From Eledone cirrhosa (Eukaryota), in assembly GCA_964016885.1 (NCBI GenBank), contig OZ024751.1, positions 16,182,001 through 16,246,000 of the forward strand: 64,000 nt of DNA, written 5' to 3'. A model generated the notes under the pieces. It worked only from the letters and a program-made list of their open reading frames with translations, did no database searches and was not told the DNA's origin. Made by a program: the position numbers and the translations under genes. Positions 1 through 14,602 of the stretch are shown piece after piece (the stretch's first letter is position 1; each line of letters begins with the position of its first letter).

Positions 1-591
1 ATATCTATGTACATATGTACGTATGTATGTATGTATATATCTATGTAGTAAATATGAATATTTATATTTATGTACGTATGTGCAAGTATATGAATACATG
101 TGTGTTTATATGTATGTATTATTGTATATGTGTATAAATGTATATATGTATGTACCTATGTGCATGTATATGAATACATGTGTTTATATATGTATTTACT
201 ATTGCATATGTGTATGCATGTATGCTGTATATATGTATGAATGTATATATGTATGCACCTATGTGTATGTATAGGTATATGTCTATGTATTATTCTATAT
301 GTTTAAGATTTATTTAAATTCTTCCTTCTTTGTCGAATGGATGTCTGTCAGTAACCATGAATATATGTGTGTATATATATGTATGTATTGTTGTGTATGT
401 ATGTGTATGTATATATGTATTATTTTATGTGTGTATGTAAGTTTGTCTTTTAAGATTTATCTAATTTCTTCTTCGACGAATCGAAGCCTGTCAGTAACCA
501 TGTGACAAAACCTTTTAGTTTCAATCAAGACAGTTCTAGGGATTAGTGAATACTTGGATGAATTCATGCGTATATATATGTGAAGTCTTCA

Positions 592-638
<47 letters not shown>

Positions 639-1019
639 TATATATAATATATATATATGTGTGTGTGTATAATTGTTGCACTTGTATAATTGTTGCGTGT
701 CTATATGTAGAGCCTTGCATGAATATACTTGTACAAATATATTTGTTGTGTATATATACGTGAAAGCTTCGGTGGATATACTTGTACTAATATAATGGTT
801 GTGTATATATATATATATATATGTATATAATATATATCTATATATTTGTGTGTGCGTGTGCGAAGGCTTCGGTGTATAAACCTCTCTATACGTAGAGTTT
901 AAAGTGTATATATTTACACCCATATAATTGATGCGTATATATATGTAAAGGCTTGAGTTTATATATTTACACTCATACAATTGATGGTATATATATATAT
1001 AGTTAGGGAAGCAGAACAT

Positions 1020-1965
1020 TGCTTATTGTGATCCAGTTCGTGGTTAAGAAAGCCAGTTTCGTGGACGGTTTCAACGTACGGTTAGGGGTAACTCCACAAG
1101 TTTGTAAGAATTCCGTTCAATCTTGGAGTATAAAGTATAAAAGAGAAAACACAGGTAAGCATTAAAAGAAGGATTTTATCCAGGTATTTACGACCGTTTC
1201 ATTGGTAAGTGCAACCTTATATTGCTAACCTGCAAATAGCAGCCACTCAATGATAATTGTTGTTCATGTCCAAATTTTCAAAATAGTGAGTAAGTTACTC
1301 TTTAAATAGTTCTTAATATATAGAGAAAAACATTTATTTGGAATTGTATTTACTAGTATAGAGAGAGAGGAAGAGGAATTAGAAAGTGGGGGGACAAATG
1401 GAATAGTATATAGAGAGAGGAATGGGAGAAGAGTTAGGAAGTAGAGTGACAAACTGAGATGGAGGGAGGGGTAGAGGTGGAAGGATTCCTTGATCAGTTT
1501 TGATATGTAGACTTCATGTCGGTGATTGTAGTGAGTTAAAGAGAATTAAATTGATCATAGTGGGAGAGATGGAGAGAGCGGGGGCTGGGAGAAAAATATA
1601 TAAATATATATATATATATAAAATAAAGATAAAAATAATAGTGATAAAAATAAAAGTAAAGAAGGGGGGCAAGGGGAAAGATGAAAAGATAGCCAAAAAG
1701 GGGAGGGAAGAAAGGAAGAAAACGAAAAGAAATAGAAGAGGAATGAAGAAGTCGAGGGATATAGGTATTAGTTTTTGTGGGTAATTAAAGGGGTTAGATA
1801 CAATAAGAGGGTATAAAGTCTAAGTATATGCAGTTTGTCAGGTGGTAGTAAGAGGTTAAGGGTTCGATTTTCACTTGTAGTGCGAAAACATTTCTTTGAG
1901 TCTATGGTTACAATAAATTGATCTTTCGATTTTATTGTTGAGTAACTTATTCTTCGAACTCAAAA
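1020..1965 (-). mobile_element. Probable Penelope-like 3' fragment (endonuclease C-terminus + UTR)
   Basis: Minus ORF end NKLLNNKIERSIYCNHRLKEMF resembles the PLE terminal LN..E....C.H motif; interrupts a minisatellite. Confidence 0.4.
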
Positions 1966-2725
1966 CATATATATGTAGAGTCAAGAGTTTATATTTGCAC
2001 TCATATAATTGATGCGTATATATATATGAAAGCTTCAGTGTATAGACTTGTACCAACATTATTTTTGACTATGTATATGTAGAGTGTATATATTTTCACT
2101 CGTATAATTGATACATACATATATGTAGAAACATGAGTGTATATACTTGAACTCACATATTTGTTGCGTATATATATTTAGAGGCGTGAGTGTATATATA
2201 CTTATACTCATAATTGTTGCATACATATATGAGGAGGCTGAAAAGCAAAGCTAACTTCAGCGGGATCTGAACTAACCTAGAACGTAAAGGGACGTGATTA
2301 CATACCACAAAGAATGATGTTCGACGCTCTACCGATTCTGCCAATCCATCACCCTCTTGCAATTATATAATAAGGTAACATGGTACAATATAATGTTAGT
2401 CTGAGTGATTACTTTTTATGTATACATTTCTCTGTGTGTGTACACATGTTTGTGTCTGTGTGTGTGTGTATGTATGTTTGTGTGTGTGTATACAATTATT
2501 CTAGGTAAACTGAACTGGAAAAATATGTGGAATGATATTTTTTTACAAATCTTAACTTTATTTGAAATCGATTGACTTGGGAGGATTTGTGTAAATTTGT
2601 GTAACGGAAAAAACATAGGAAATGAAAAAATAAAATAAAAGGAAAGAAATATATCATCAAATTGGACTATTCAAACTGTACTTCCATGTTGATCTTTGAA
2701 TTGCTGATATTATCTACCTCTCATA

Positions 2726-2911
2726 GGGGCGGTGGATTGTCAGAATCGGTAGAGAGTCGGACGCCATGCTTTCCAGCATAGTTACGTCCCTTTACGATCT
2801 GAGTTCAAATCCCGCCGAGGTTGACTTTGCCTTTTATCCTTACGGGGTCGATAAAATAAAGTACCAGTAATACAGTGGGTAATTGCTGGCCTTGTGCCTA
2901 CAGTAGAAACA
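2726..2911 (+). mobile_element. tRNA-derived SINE with Meta-like domain
   Basis: A/B-box-like head (gagttcaaatcc), gcctttYatcc..ggggtcgataaaat..gtacc core; 17-bp TSD ATTATCTACCTCTCATA. Confidence 0.85.
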
Positions 2912-2985
2912 ATTATCTACCTCTCATAACCCCTGGCAGAAGCAGGCAATGTTTGAATTCAGAACGCACAGCTTATGATAAGATA

Positions 2986-3181
2986 AGACCTGCCAACCTC
3001 TAAAAACCAAAACGAGGAGTACCATGAAAAAAAAAGTGCCTCAAAACGGGGAGAAATGAAGCAAAATAGGGGAGATTTTACAAAATAAAACTATACCCAT
3101 TTTCACAAAATACGACATCTCTCACCCACCCCAAAGTAGGTGGGAGATCTCCCCGTCCAACGGAGAGAGTTGATAGGTCTG
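2986..3181. mobile_element. Degenerate hAT-like MITE
   Basis: agacctgccaac ... gttgataggtctg ends; TAAGATA on both sides. Confidence 0.45.
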
Positions 3182-3314
3182 TAAGATACCAAAAAGAATT
3201 ATTTCCACACCCACCTCACACGAAACTTTAATAATCCCGCCAATCCACCGCTGTTGGACTGGTACTTTATTTATCCCCCCCCCCCATCTAAAAAAAAAAG
3301 AATGAAAAAAGTGT

Positions 3315-3579
3315 TTACTTCGGAGGAATTTAAGCATATTAACACGAAGCGTTTAACCCGGCTCCCTAATTACTCTGCGACTATATAGTAAATTCAAATA
3401 AATATGCTGCGCATTTATTTTTAAAGAACTCCTAGGATTTCTAGTCTGTTATGCATATATTCTTTTTTTTACATATCCAATACAAATATAATGATATATA
3501 CAAATGGGAATGTATAGTAGGAATGCCCTAACTTTAAACATGCAAAATATTTAATATGCTTAAATTCTACCGAAGGGTA
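3315..3579. mobile_element. MITE with ~27-bp TIR
   Basis: cttcggaggaatttaagcatattaa / ttaatatgcttaaattctaccgaag. Confidence 0.5.
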
Positions 3580-4179
3580 TTTGGAGTAAGTTTACGGCGT
3601 TAAGACGTCGGATAGAATGCTTTACGGTATTCGTTCCACCTCATTGAATTCACATCCCGCCGTGGTCAACTTTCTCTTTCATCCTTTCGAGGTAGATAAA
3701 AAAAAGTACCAGTCCTGTACCGGAGTCGATTCTTCCTCTATACAAAAAAATCGGCTGTGTTCAGACCTGGAGAGGGTTGGGCTCCGCCAAGTTTAAATGT
3801 GCCCCAGACACGCCGGAATTATAGGATCTTTATCCATTTTATCCTTTTTACTCGATAGAGTGCGTAGCTTAGAGATCGGTGAATCGTTCCAGGTAGAGCC
3901 GGTACTTCACCAATTTTTACCAAATATCTCGATTCTTTTTTTATAATTATAGATGAGTCTCACAAATACACTGCGAAACTGACTTTTACATGACTGTATG
4001 ACCCAAGCTACCCATAGAATTAAACAATACCACGTCTATTTAGATTTGCGCCGGGTTACTGTTTTTATATGAGTTTTCAAATAGTGTACTTTTATATTCA
4101 AGCTGTTGATGCATACTGATTGTGTACGTAAGTACATATGTAAAAATGTATGTTTGTATGTATGTATATATGTATATAT

Positions 4180-5258
4180 GTCAGGTCACCAGTTGGTGCT
4201 ACTGGTAACATGTATCCCGGTACAACCTGTCTCATGGTCGGATCGTTGGCGACTAAACTGGCAACCCCACCAAGGCATCTTGGTTAAGAGAGTGGGACTG
4301 GCTTTGTGCAGTGCCTTTGCTCACTATAAAAGCTTCACGGCACAGGCATTGCTTTATATCTGGAGATCTCTCTGCACTTGTCGTCTACATGGTAACATGG
4401 GCCCAGCACTATGTGTCAATAATTGTCACAAGTGTAGTGTTTGTACCAGAGTTTTCAAGTCGCTGGCTGGACTAAAAAGTCACACTCGTTCAGCGCATCG
4501 GTAGGGGTTCTCCTACATCGATATAAAGTAGTGGCCGTACACGAAAACGAGTTGGCAGCCACCTTATATATATGTATGTATATATATTATGTCAGGTCAC
4601 CAGTTGGTGCTACTGGTAACATGTATCACAGTACAACCTGTCTCATGGTCGGGTCGTTGGCGACTAAACTGGCAACCCCACCAAGGTTTCTTGGTGAGGA
4701 GGGTGACTTTGGACATCCCGCAGGACTAAAAACAAAACCTGTCAAAGGGCAAAGGAGCTCTTAAGAGTAAATGGCCATCAAAAATCACTCGTTCAGCGCA
4801 TCGGTAGGGGTTCTCCTACATGGATATAAAGTTGTGGCCGTACTCGAAAACGAGTTGGCAGCCACCATGTATGTATGTATGGCGGAAGAACTCATAAGAG
4901 TCAACGGCCATCCGAAATTGTGTAAATATGTATATAGACATGTACCGCCCGGTTAAACCACTGGGAGTGAAGGACCCCTAGCCTTGTCAGGGTATTCTTC
5001 CAGGAGAAGGCAACTCAGGAAACTGGGATAACTCCGATATAAAACCTGCGGTTCAGTAGTAACCGATGATGTTGATCTTTTCTTCTTTTCGGGTTATAGC
5101 TACTGTCGCTCAGAGAGTGGGATTGGCTCAGGGCACAGTCTTTCCCCACTTTAAAAAAAATCTTCACGCACAGGCCATTGCACGATAGAATTAATTAATA
5201 ATTATTAATAATGGTATATCATGCAATGGCCATACTCGATAACGAGGGTGCAGCCATC
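4180..5258 (+). mobile_element. Cluster of RTE-derived non-autonomous (bipartite) elements inserted in (TATG)n
   Basis: Repeated 5' module (4180, 4591) and 3' module (4477-4563, 4780-4867); C2H2 finger CSVCTRVFKSLAGLKSHTRSAH typical of an RTE ORF end. Confidence 0.6.
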
Positions 5259-5276
5259 ATATATTTATATATATAT

Positions 5277-5436
<160 letters not shown>

Positions 5437-5826
5437 GTATGTAAGTAAATATATGTATGTGTATGTATAGGTATGTCTGTATATCTGTCCGTATGAAGGT
5501 ATGTGTGTATGTATATGTATGTAAATATAATTATAGTGAGACAGAGTTAATCAGTATTATACCATTATAACACAGCGCGCTGTTTCATTATCGTGGTATA
5601 CTTCTACATATAAATTGAAATAAAGTCTATTAGTTGAAAGTTCTAAGTTCACATCCAAGTACAAATCTTTCCAAGTATTCCAGATACAATATTACAGTCT
5701 TAGTGGAGCCATCTTCGAATTTTCATCACCAAAATATACAGAGGAAGAACAATACAGCTTCAGTAAATGGCTTATTACTTCATATGCACATAAACACACA
5801 TACCCATGCACACACACACACACAAA

Positions 5827-5891
<65 letters not shown>

Positions 5892-7041
5892 CTGTGTGTT
5901 GTTAGAAGAAAATATGCATAGACAACGTATCTGCAGATAAACTAATCGCACCCCTCGCACACACACATTTACCCCCCCCCCCATTCACGCACACACACAC
6001 ACGCGCACCCACACACGCACACAGACACACACATATATATATAATTATATAATATAGATATATGGATATATTATTTTATAAAACCAAACGCGAAAAGTTA
6101 AGATATACAAAATATTAGCAAATATGATATCGAAAAATAATAATAAAAAATACATAAGAAACGAAAATTAAAATGGAAGCTTTAAAGGATAATGATACAA
6201 ATTTAGAAGGAGGGGAAAAAAAACTAGAAGGATAACTGATAATTAAAGGTATGTATTTTATATACTAATATAATATCTTCTACGCATATAGACATTTTAA
6301 AGAATAATGTAAACAATGAGACGAAAATATCTGTTGTAATTTTAGAATATTCACGCAGTAAATATGTGGTTAGCTAAAACAGAGAAAGTAAGCTAAATAA
6401 TCATAGCTTTTGTTGTTATAGAACAAATATATTGTTATATGTTGTCGGAGAGATTTTATTTAGTTACTGGACACTTATTGATATCTTGTGTCATTCCAAT
6501 TGTTACTCTCTTCCTATGTTTACTTTATAATAATTCTCGACTGTATGTCTCCTGTAGATTGCATATAGATTTATATAACTTATACTTAATTATATATGTA
6601 TGTGTATGTATATGTATCAGGGGCGAAGGGTCCGTGCATGCGTTATAGAATCTTGAGTTGATCAATTGCGTCGGTTGAAGCAAGCAGAATTTTGACAGCT
6701 TACTGAATCGTAGACACATAAAACGATAACACACACACAGACACACACACTAGATAACACTACATGCGGCTTTGACCGAGAGGGTCATTTAGAGGGAATT
6801 GGAAGGGGGGGGGGGGTAAAGCTGCACAGCCCCAATTTCCGCCGAGGTTGACTTTGCCTTTCTTCCTTACGGGGTCGATAAAATAAAGTACCAGTAATGC
6901 ACTGGATAATTGCTGGCCTTGTGCCTAAAGTAGAAACAATTAATTATGAGTTATACGTTTAGACAACGTAAAGTCTAGCCGCCATCCACTAACTCAATGA
7001 ATTTACAGAAATCATATGTAAATACGAATCGGCAAGTCAGA

Positions 7042-7099
<58 letters not shown>

Positions 7100-7387
7100 A
7101 TATCTTCGTGGTTATAAGAGGCTTAGCTCTGTTTCTCGACCGTTATATCGCGTGACTATCTCCCCCTCCGCCTTTTGGGATTCTTTCTCACGTCGTGTAG
7201 ACGCGTTCTTGAGACTAGTAAAATGAGGTATCCTCTTGATAAGTCGGCAGACCTCGCAAGGACTCTATATCTTTGATATATTGTTTTTGTTTATGCCACG
7301 AAACTACGTAGTCGAGGAATTTAGGAACAGTTTAGGTATGATACATTTTATTACTAATTATATCTAAATGTTTCTTCTCTCTTCATA

Positions 7388-7438
<51 letters not shown>

Positions 7439-8263
7439 GTATTTTGTTTAATATACGCTCTAATACCTGTTATGTATTGCTCTCTCTCTCACCTATTGAA
7501 TCGTGCAAGTTGTGAAATTGACCGGTTTACGCACGGGGCTGTTCGAAACATCTAGAATTCGAGCTCTAACCAGCGTTCTAGCTCTATATCACTGTCTAAT
7601 TGTCTGTTGGCATTTAATGTCCGGAAAGGTTTTAGGCACTACCATTGTTACTGTCGCACTATTTCTCGCCATGGTACTTGGAGACTAGAGCCGAATGTTA
7701 TAATTCTATTGAACAGCGATTGGAGACTGAATTCCTCTAATAACCGATTTTTCACTCGCTTGTTAATATGTGTTCGAGATACGTTGGCTGAGTGTTTATG
7801 GTGTGAGCGGAACTATTTGAATTTCGTCTCCTGCCATCACGTACATTTCTGAATCAGTAGCCTATCGGAGTCCGGCAGAGGGATGACGTGTAGGGATTTC
7901 AGTTGCTAATGTTTTACTGTGTTGGCCGTGACATAGTCATAGCCGACACGGACTGGAATCGAATTGTGTCGATCGGCTGGTTATTGATTAGGAGAAACCC
8001 GCATATGCGGATTGTGCAGAGTTGCATAATAAATGCTGACAGTAGATGGTGTGCATTCTAATTCTGCATTAAGTGTGGCGAAACTCGAGTACGGGTAAAG
8101 CTTGAAACTCGAGTACGTAAAGGTATCCATTTACGTGCGATGTATTGAAGCGAATAACTATGTGTCTACTCTTGGAGTTAACTTAACATTACCTATTGAG
8201 TATGCTGAGATACAACCGATGCTAGTAGTGAAATCCATGTTAGTTCCGTCAACTTGTTATTAA

Positions 8264-8322
<59 letters not shown>

Positions 8323-8546
8323 TAAAAGGAAAAGAAAATGCTGACAAATTGTTCCCAGTGAAAAATAGTTTAATTAGGAATAAGTAAATATTAGTAATAA
8401 GTATTGGTTAGTATTCAGTTTTGTTTTAAAGTTTTTACCGGTTGCGCATTTCTAATGCTTTTCAAAAATAATTTTGAGATAGAGTGCTCCTGATTTTTGC
8501 TCTAATCTGATTAGTTTTGGAAATTCTACCTGTTTTATGTGAAAAA

Positions 8547-8598
<52 letters not shown>

Positions 8599-9573
8599 CG
8601 TGAGAGAGAGAGAGAATAGAATTAGAATTTAGCTTCAGACATAGCTGTATACAGATATGTGTAGAAATTTCGTATTTCTAAAGAAACACGGTATGTTTAC
8701 AGGTAAACATGTAGAAAGCCGTAGCTATGCATAAAACACCGGGGCTGACGCCCTCTGGTGGTGTCCAGCGGAAGCAAGGCGGACAATCATCGATCCATTG
8801 TGTGTATGTATATGTGTATGTGTGCGCGTGCGTGTGTGCGTGCGTGTGTGCGTGTGTGCGTGTGCGTGTGTGCGTATGTGCTTATGTGTGTGTGTCTTTG
8901 TGTCTCTGTGTGTCTGTGTGTGTGTGTGCGTATTTGTGTGCGTGTGTGTGCGTGTGTGTGCGTGCGTGTGTGTGTGTGTGTGTGCGTATTTGTTTTTCAA
9001 GATTCTTGATTGGAAATCGTGTGTTGAAACCGAAATTGTTTTTTATGGTCATGTCGCCAGTATTACCAATATAAAAAAAACAAAAAGAAAACACGCATCT
9101 CATGGTTTTCACTTTTTCACTCTATTATTATAAAGTACCAGTAATGCACTGAGTGTTTGCTGGCCTTGTGCCTAAAGTAGAAACAATTATTATCTCTTGT
9201 TATTGGTTAATTCGTCTTTTGTCACACATTCTCTGATTTCCTCAATGATTGTGTTATTTCTTGTGCCTCCTTTTCTCTTTGATCTTAATCTGTTGCTCCT
9301 TTCAAGCAAAGAAGAGGTATAAAAGAGTGCACCCCCCCCCCCCCCCACACACAGATATATATATATATGTATGATAAATTTATATTCAGAAAAGTGTAAC
9401 TGAGACTGTGGAAATGTGTATAAGAATTTACGTATTTATAGTATAGGGACATGTAAACATTCAAATACAGGTTTTTCTCTGTAAAATGAAAAACTGAAAA
9501 ACTTGTAAACTGAAAGAATTGATTTTTAAACCTAGTTGGAATCCTCATCAGAAATTATGTGCATCCTCTAAAC

Positions 9574-9778
9574 CAGGCATGTCAAACTGAGGCTCCCTCG
9601 AGGGCTACATGGGTCACATATGTATTGTCTGAGGGCCACACACGACAACTAATTGCGCACATTACAACTAATTTTACGAAGATGAAACATTCTCACGCTG
9701 TAAAAACCTTTGTTCGGGCCGCAGTTGTGCTTGTAAAGGAACGAATGCGGCCCGCGGGTCGCATGTTTGACATGCCTG
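9574..9778. mobile_element. hAT MITE
   Basis: Perfect 14-bp TIR CAGGCATGTCAAAC; 8-bp TSD CTCTAAAC. Confidence 0.92.
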
Positions 9779-10069
9779 CTCTAAACAACCACAAAGAAAT
9801 CCGCAACGGAGACACCACAAAGAAATACATCCTCGTTTCCTCTATTCTCTCTCTATATACAAATATAAGTATATCATATAACTTCAGGTGTTTCGCGCAC
9901 AACTTAATATATATCTTAATTAACGATCACCATGAGCACAAATATTATGCAATTAGTTCGTCCATTTCTAGATACTACGATAAGTGATCACGTACTGTAT
10001 ATGGTTTCATATACAGGAATGTAATACAATATTCTTCACTTGTATTCGCGATCGTATTCTTAAGATTCA

Positions 10070-10320
10070 TGACGATAGGTAAGGAACGAAAACCGAATTG
10101 AAGGCAGCGAGTTTGGTCTTTACGCCTACCTCCCTTGCTCTGATTACTGAACTTGCACTTAATTCAGCCTCCTCCCTTCCATCACTCGTGAAAACGACCC
10201 CGAGAGACTTGAGAGGACGAGTGTCTCAGTTTTCGCAGCACTGATTTTCATTCCAGCCATGAAGCATTCGGCATCAAACCTATCAAGTGCAAGTCGGAGA
10301 TCACATTCTGTCGAGGAATG
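10070..10320 (-). mobile_element. RTE-like LINE RT fragment
   Basis: LRLALDRFDAECFMAGMKISAAKTETLVLS. Confidence 0.65.
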
Positions 10321-10494
10321 TAATGAAATGGTGATCAAAATATAATGTTTGGTCTGAATCAACATTGACTATGTAAAGTGTCGCGTGTTTTATCAGAGCA
10401 CCGCATTTCAAAGCGGGTTAATTTATTGCCTGATGTAATCTAGAAGAGTGGCGGAGAGAGAGCGAGATCTGCAGAGAGAACGAGAGGTAGATAG

Positions 10495-10542
<48 letters not shown>

Positions 10543-11018
10543 GGAGAGAGGTAGAGAGTGTGAGAGAGAGAAATAAAGAGATAGGAAGATAGCGAGAGGT
10601 AGAAATAAAGTAAGATGGAGATAGAGATAGCTAGAGAGAAAGATTTAGATATTTTCCATTAAATATTTTCCATCTTGACGTAAGAGTCACTTATATATTA
10701 TGAATTACTGTTGGCTTCTTGCTCACATTAATTTCTCTATTTTCATATATATATATATATATATATATATGATATTAAATAAATGGAAACTATATTTATA
10801 AAACCATATTTATTTCATTATATATATTTCAGGGATATCATATTAACAATATGCTATGCCTTCCTCAGACAAAATACAATATAAACAGTTTTATAGATAA
10901 ATAGATTTGACATACCGTAACAACATCGACTTGTATTTGAAAAATTCAACTTTTTCAAATACAAGTCGATGTTGTTACGGTATGTCAAATCTATTTATCT
11001 ATAAAACTGTTTATATTG

Positions 11019-11084
11019 TATTTTGTCTGAGGAAGGCATAGCATATTGTTAATATGATATCCCTGAAATATATATAATGAAATA
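11019..11084 (+). ncRNA. Hammerhead ribozyme candidate in palindromic PLE pLTR insertion (mirror copy ~10811-10876, minus)
   Basis: tattttgtCTGAGGAaggcatagcatatt...aatatgatatccctGAAAtatataTAatgaaata. Confidence 0.6.
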
Positions 11085-11212
11085 AATATGGTTTTATAAA
11101 TATAGTTTCCTTTTATTTAATATCATAAATATACTCCAAATACTTGTTGAGTGCTTTTATATCAGTTATAAATATTTACTCGTTGTTAACCCAACAATTT
11201 AAATATAACTTT

Positions 11213-11245
<33 letters not shown>

Positions 11246-11251
<6 letters not shown>

Positions 11252-11325
11252 GTGGTCAAGTATGAAATTTGTAGAAATTTGTTTCTTTTCTACAAATTTC
11301 TACAATTTTCATACTTGATGACCCA

Positions 11326-11328
<3 letters not shown>
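11246..11328. mobile_element. Tc1/mariner-type mini-MITE (hairpin)
   Basis: TATTGGGT..CAAGTATGAAA / TTTCATACTTG..ACCCAATA inverted ends in TA context. Confidence 0.6.
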
Positions 11329-11380
<52 letters not shown>

Positions 11381-11431
11381 AAGAGATAGATAGAGAGAAG
11401 GGGGAAAGAGTGATCTAGAGAGAGGGAAAAA

Positions 11432-11466
<35 letters not shown>

Positions 11467-11775
11467 TTTGAAGAACAACAAGACAACAGAAAGGAAATAA
11501 AATAGATTTATTAAACATTTCCAAAGATTATTGCATGTCTGATTATGTTGTTGTTATTGCTGTTGTTGTTGTTTTTGTTATTATTGCTGTTGTTGATGGT
11601 ATAGTAGTATTATTACTGTTGTTGTTGTTGTTGCTGTTGTCGTTGTTATTGTTGCTATTGTTGTTGTTTTTATTATTGTTGTTGTTATTGTTGTTGTTAG
11701 TATAGAATAATTATTACTGTTATGTTGTTGTTGTTCTTGTTGTTGCTGCTGCTGATGTTAGTGTTGTTATAGTAT

Positions 11776-12036
11776 AATTGTTTCTACTTTAGGCACAAGG
11801 CCAGCAATTACCCAGTGCATTACTGGTACTTTATTTTATCGACCCCGTAAGGATGAAAGGCAAAGTTAACCTCGGCGGGATTTGAACTCAGAATGGCAAG
11901 GGCCGTAACTCTTGCCATTCTGAGTTCAAATCCCGCCGAGGTTAACTTTGCCTTTCATCCTTACGGGGTCGATAAAATAAAGTACCAGTAATGCACTGGA
12001 TAATTGCTGGCCTTGTGCCAAAAGTAGAAACAATTA
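11776..12036. mobile_element. Head-to-head inverted pair of 5'-truncated Meta-type SINEs
   Basis: Near-perfect palindrome centred ~11905. Confidence 0.85.
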
Positions 12037-12067
12037 TTACTGTTGTTGTCGTTGCTGTAGTTGTCGC

Positions 12068-12100
<33 letters not shown>

Positions 12101-13331
12101 GGTTGTTGTTGTCGTTGTTGTTATTGTTGTTGTTGTGGTTGTTGCTGTTGTTATTGTTGTTGTTGTTGCTTTACTTGTCATTGATGTTGTTGTTGTCATT
12201 GTTGTTGTGTTTAGTATCCTGATTTATTCAGCGGCTATTTCATTAAATTTTAATTAGTTCGCCGTTCTTTAGACGTTATTCTAAAGTAAACATTTCCCCC
12301 GAAATGTCAGACACAACAGATATTTGTTTCGTTTTCACATCGCCCCGATACCCGCAAGATTTAGATATTAATAAACATGTGTTGGATGTTAGAGGTGGAA
12401 GAAGGACATATTTATTAGCAGCCTGCTTTTTATTTTATTTTCATTGAAAAAGAACAAAACAAAACCACCACCACCAGCTACAAAACACACACACACACAC
12501 ATACACTTGTACGTACACAGTCACACACTTGTACGCACATAGACACACACACATAGGCGCGCACACACCCACTAAAACATTAGATGATTTAACTACGAAG
12601 GAAGTGTTTGTTGATTGTTGCTAACCATGACAAATCCGGTGATTTAGCTGCAACTTAGAAATGTTGATTCTTCAGTAAACTGGTTGTTACTTAGCTATGG
12701 GTAAAATGTGAAACGTTCGTTGTTGTTTCGGTTGAAGTGTTGTTGGAACTTCATCGGTTGGGGCGATGAGTGTCCCAGCTGTACAGACAACAAGAGAACT
12801 TGCTTGTGAAATTAACATTCTACAAAACACGTGTTCACCGATATCTAGAGCGCAGGTCTCAGTAGGCGTGACATAGTCACTGGAAAGGTTTATCAATGAA
12901 TTTACAAACAACAGAAGAACTTGCTTGTGAAATTATCGTACAAGTGCCTGAGCATTCTAGAAAACACGTACACACCTACACAGGTCCAGGGAGCGTGACA
13001 GTGTCTGTACACAAACACACACATATATAGATAGAGAGAAAGAGAGAGAGAGAGAAAGAAAGAAAGATAGAGAGAGGGAGAGAGATTTGACCTTAGTACT
13101 GGACTGGTCATTTTTTTTATCGCTGAAGGGCCAAATTGATATCAGTGGTATTTGAACACTGAATGTACTGAAAGCCGGAACCAATATTACAAAACATTCT
13201 ATCCGACGTTCTAAAGACTCAACTAATTTGTCAACTTTTAATGAATATAAGAGCTGATAAAAGTTTCAGTGAAAACGTCTTAAGCAGTTGCAACAATAAA
13301 TAGCGATTAAATTAGTATCTATCTATCTATC

Positions 13332-13610
13332 TCGGGCGGTTAAAATTCCCGAGATCCATGGACGAGTTCTCTCCAGCGGTCTCTGACCCTCATTATGGCT
13401 GCCATGTCATGCGTCTCCAACTGACCAGTGTCTATCGTTAGGGCATCAACATACGTTAACCTTGGACTATATAAACCGTCCAAGTAGGGGCTCCCACAGG
13501 AGCAGTGAATGTAGCGTCAACTCTGGATGTCGGTGAGCATGTCCAGCTAACCTCAGTCTCCGCTGTGTCTCTTTTGAGCTGACTTTTGGGAGGCTCCCAT
13601 ACAGCGCTTA
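13332..13610 (-). mobile_element. RTE/RTEX-like LINE C-terminal fragment
   Basis: Minus translation LYGSLPKVSSKETQRRLRLAGHAHRHPEL..LLWEP; followed by (AGAT)n. Confidence 0.7.
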
Positions 13611-13802
13611 GTTTATAGTAATTAGTATATAGAAGATAATTAACCTTCTACTATCACATGATATGCCAGTTAAGTATCTGCTGTAGTTCTACTACTCAGA
13701 TTAGGAGGTTGATTAACTCTATTTAAAGATGGTTCAACACGCGACAGACCTCTTAAATAGCATGTCAAACATAGACACACCGACACACAGATACATATTG
13801 AC

Positions 13803-13844
<42 letters not shown>

Positions 13845-13914
13845 TGACATACACCGTTATATACACACTGGCTCATGTCTAACATAGCCACACCGACATA
13901 CAGATACATATTGA

Positions 13915-13975
<61 letters not shown>

Positions 13976-14043
13976 TGACATACACCGTTATATATACACT
14001 GGCTCATGTCTAACATAGCCACACCGACATACAGATACATATT

Positions 14044-14104
<61 letters not shown>

Positions 14105-14602
14105 AAATATTTCGTATCTCCAAAGAAATACACTTTGAGGAAGCCGTAGCTATGCAAACACCGGGGGGCTAACGCCCTCTGGTGATGTCCAGCAGAAGCA
14201 AGGGGGACAACCGTCTATGCATTTCAGGCTTAACTGGCTTTCGTCAGGACGGTCCCTCCCACCGCTTGCGACTGCTGGACTTGAAGACAGCTGAGCATAT
14301 ATACTTTTCTCGTCTGTGTAAATGAGGTGATTAATCTCATTTGCATATTAAACTGCATAAGTTGGCTCAACTTATAATAAAAAAGAAATAGGATTTCGCT
14401 TCAGGCATAGCTTTATACAATATGTATAAATATTATATTGTATAAAGCAATGCTTGAAGCGAAATCCTATTTCTTTTTATATATATATATATATATATAC
14501 ACACTGACATACTCCGTTGTATTCATTGGCTCACAGCATGTCAAACATAGCCACATCGACACACAGATGCATATTGCCAGATATATATATATATATATAT
14601 AT

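Noticed and set aside
2726-2820. tRNA gene
   Set aside because: A/B-box-like head belongs to a SINE; no complete cloverleaf.
11942-12257. Poly-Thr/poly-Val ORFs
   Set aside because: (GTT)n microsatellite plus SINE sequence.
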